From: Verrucomicrobiales bacterium
Lineage (GTDB): Bacteria > Verrucomicrobiota > Verrucomicrobiia > Limisphaerales > CANJXF01
Reading direction: 5' to 3'
Length of the DNA: 64,000 nucleotides
Assembly: GCA_947478865.1 (NCBI GenBank)
Contig: CANJXF010000003.1
Coordinates: 26,912 to 90,911, forward strand
The notes beneath the pieces are model-generated. The model was given only the letters and a program-made list of their open reading frames with translations. It had not been told where the DNA came from and searched no databases. This document shows, in pieces, positions 62,808-64,000 of the stretch. Made by a program: the position numbers and the translations under genes. Within the stretch, counting starts at the first letter, position 1; each line of letters starts with the position of its first letter.

Positions 62808-64000
62808 ATGCACTGGAAAAAAACTGGAACGCTCGCCCTTTTGCTCTGGACGGCCGCTGCCTTTGGTCAATCGGAACGTCTTCCGAACACGCAACCCCTG
62901 ACGATGGAAGGCGATCTTTCCGCGCAAATGGTTGAAGGAATCGACCGCTTTTTCTCGCGCGAAATTGAAAATTCCATCGCCGTGCGCCCCAAATTCTGGC
63001 ACCGCGACTTCTCATCCCCCGATGCCTACGAGAAATCAATTCAGCCGAATCGCGAGCGCTTTCGCAAAATGATCGGCGCAGTGGACGAGCGCCTGGCCGT
63101 TAAGGCGCTTGAATTGATTGGCACCAGCGACACTCCGGCGAAAATCGCGGAGACCGAAAATTGCGAAATTTTCGCGGTGCGCTGGCCTGTCTTTGCAAAT
63201 GTTTTTGCCGAGGGGCTTTGGCTGAAGCCGAAGAAAGCAATTGTTGCGCGGGTCGTCGCAGTGCCGGACACGGATCAAACTCCAGAAATGCTTGCGGGGC
63301 TTGCGCCCGGAACAAAACTCGAAGCGCAATTCGCCCGCCGCCTGGCCGAGCAAGGCTGCGAAGTTCTGGTGCCCGCGCTCATCAGCCGCGATGACACTTT
63401 CTCGGGCAGCTCCAAAATCAACCGCTACACCAACCAGCCGCATCGCGAATGGATTTATCGCCAGGCCTACGAACTGGGGCGCCACATCATCGGCTTCGAA
63501 GTGCAGAAAATTTTGGCGGCGGTCGAGTTTTTTCAGAATGAAAATGCCACGTCGAAAACCCCGCTGAAAATTGGCGTCGCCGGTTATGGTGAAGGCGGGC
63601 TGCTCGCCTTTTGCGCTTCGACTCTGGATGCGCGAATCGACGCCACGCTCGTGAGCGGCTACTTCAATTCACGCGAAAGGATTTGGGCGGAGCCAATTTA
63701 TCGAAATATCTTCGGCCTGCTGGGCGAATTTGGCGACGCTGAACTCGCCACCCTGGTTGCCCCGCGCGGTTTGGTCATCGAGCACAGTCCTGCGCCAAAG
63801 ATTGATGGCCCACCCGCGCCGCACGATCATCGCAGCGGCGCGGCCCCTGGCAAAATTATTACTCCGGAATATCAGTCGGTGGAGAACGAATTCGAGCGCG
63901 CCAAGGCTCTTTTACAGCCGGGCGGCGAGAAATTTGTCGAGAATTTAAAACTGATTTCAGGAACCGAAGGAGGGGCGACGGGCCCGGGTTCGGATCGCGC
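62808..64000 (+). CDS. secreted alpha/beta-hydrolase-like protein, 3'-partial (runs off the window)
   Basis: Open frame from ATG 62808 to the window end, translated by hand with no stop. Absent from the ORF track because it has no stop codon. Signal peptide MHWKKTGTLALLLWTAAAFG. Confidence 0.7.
   Translation, partial: MHWKKTGTLALLLWTAAAFGQSERLPNTQPLTMEGDLSAQMVEGIDRFFSREIENSIAVRPKFWHRDFSSPDAYEKSIQPNRERFRKMIGAVDERLAVKALELIGTSDTPAKIAETENCEIFAVRWPVFANVFAEGLWLKPKKAIVARVVAVPDTDQTPEMLAGLAPGTKLEAQFARRLAEQGCEVLVPALISRDDTFSGSSKINRYTNQPHREWIYRQAYELGRHIIGFEVQKILAAVEFFQNENATSKTPLKIGVAGYGEGGLLAFCASTLDARIDATLVSGYFNSRERIWAEPIYRNIFGLLGEFGDAELATLVAPRGLVIEHSPAPKIDGPPAPHDHRSGAAPGKIITPEYQSVENEFERAKALLQPGGEKFVENLKLISGTEGGATGPGSDR

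Noticed and set aside
62722-63485. N-terminal 106-aa extension of the heme-protein ORF, and the minus-strand ORF at 63036-63485
   Set aside because: Both overlap the stop-free plus-strand secreted-protein gene starting at 62808 and have shadow-ORF composition.

Overview
This is a high-GC bacterial chromosomal window, most likely from Verrucomicrobiota or another PVC-group organism. The taxonomic guess rests on three things: a prepilin-type H-X9-DG protein, a Pirellula/Verrucomicrobium-type CxxCH heme/HEAT protein, and a Bat-like MoxR-DUF58-VWA operon.

Main contents:
- 63-6576: an L-rhamnose isomerase plus RhaSTPQ-like ABC transporter operon, carrying two small, tightly coupled inserted ORFs.
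- 6771-15700: a surface-protein region. It holds a truncated Pmp-repeat beta-helix protein, an orphan FN3 protein bracketed by a 36-nt repeat, a 1679-aa Ig/LamG/MBG adhesin, and a pseudopilin.
- 20005-22955: a putative metal-binding membrane gene pair.
- 23990-24140: a junction where a C-terminally truncated TraB/GumN-like gene abuts a 5'-truncated adhesin fragment.
- 25234-29136: a glycan-related operon with a BNR sialidase, a GH-like/Ig/LamG protein and a NusG paralog.
- 29859-41416: housekeeping genes (rimO, pgsA, pgpA, tal, uvrC, a RodZ-like protein).
- 43250-45950: a repeat- and relic-rich island.
- 45948-62721: a long minus-strand cluster that extends the MoxR-DUF58-VWA core with a DUF4175-like coiled-coil protein, a secreted alpha/alpha-toroid protein and two tandem paralogs.

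Best candidates for undescribed biology:
- the extended MoxR cluster;
- a roughly 75-aa C-terminal domain ending in aromatic-aromatic-Arg, shared by three surface proteins;
- a nine-unit 21-nt tandem array;
- low-GC ORFs wedged into conserved operons.

All family calls come from motif recognition by eye. No database search was run.
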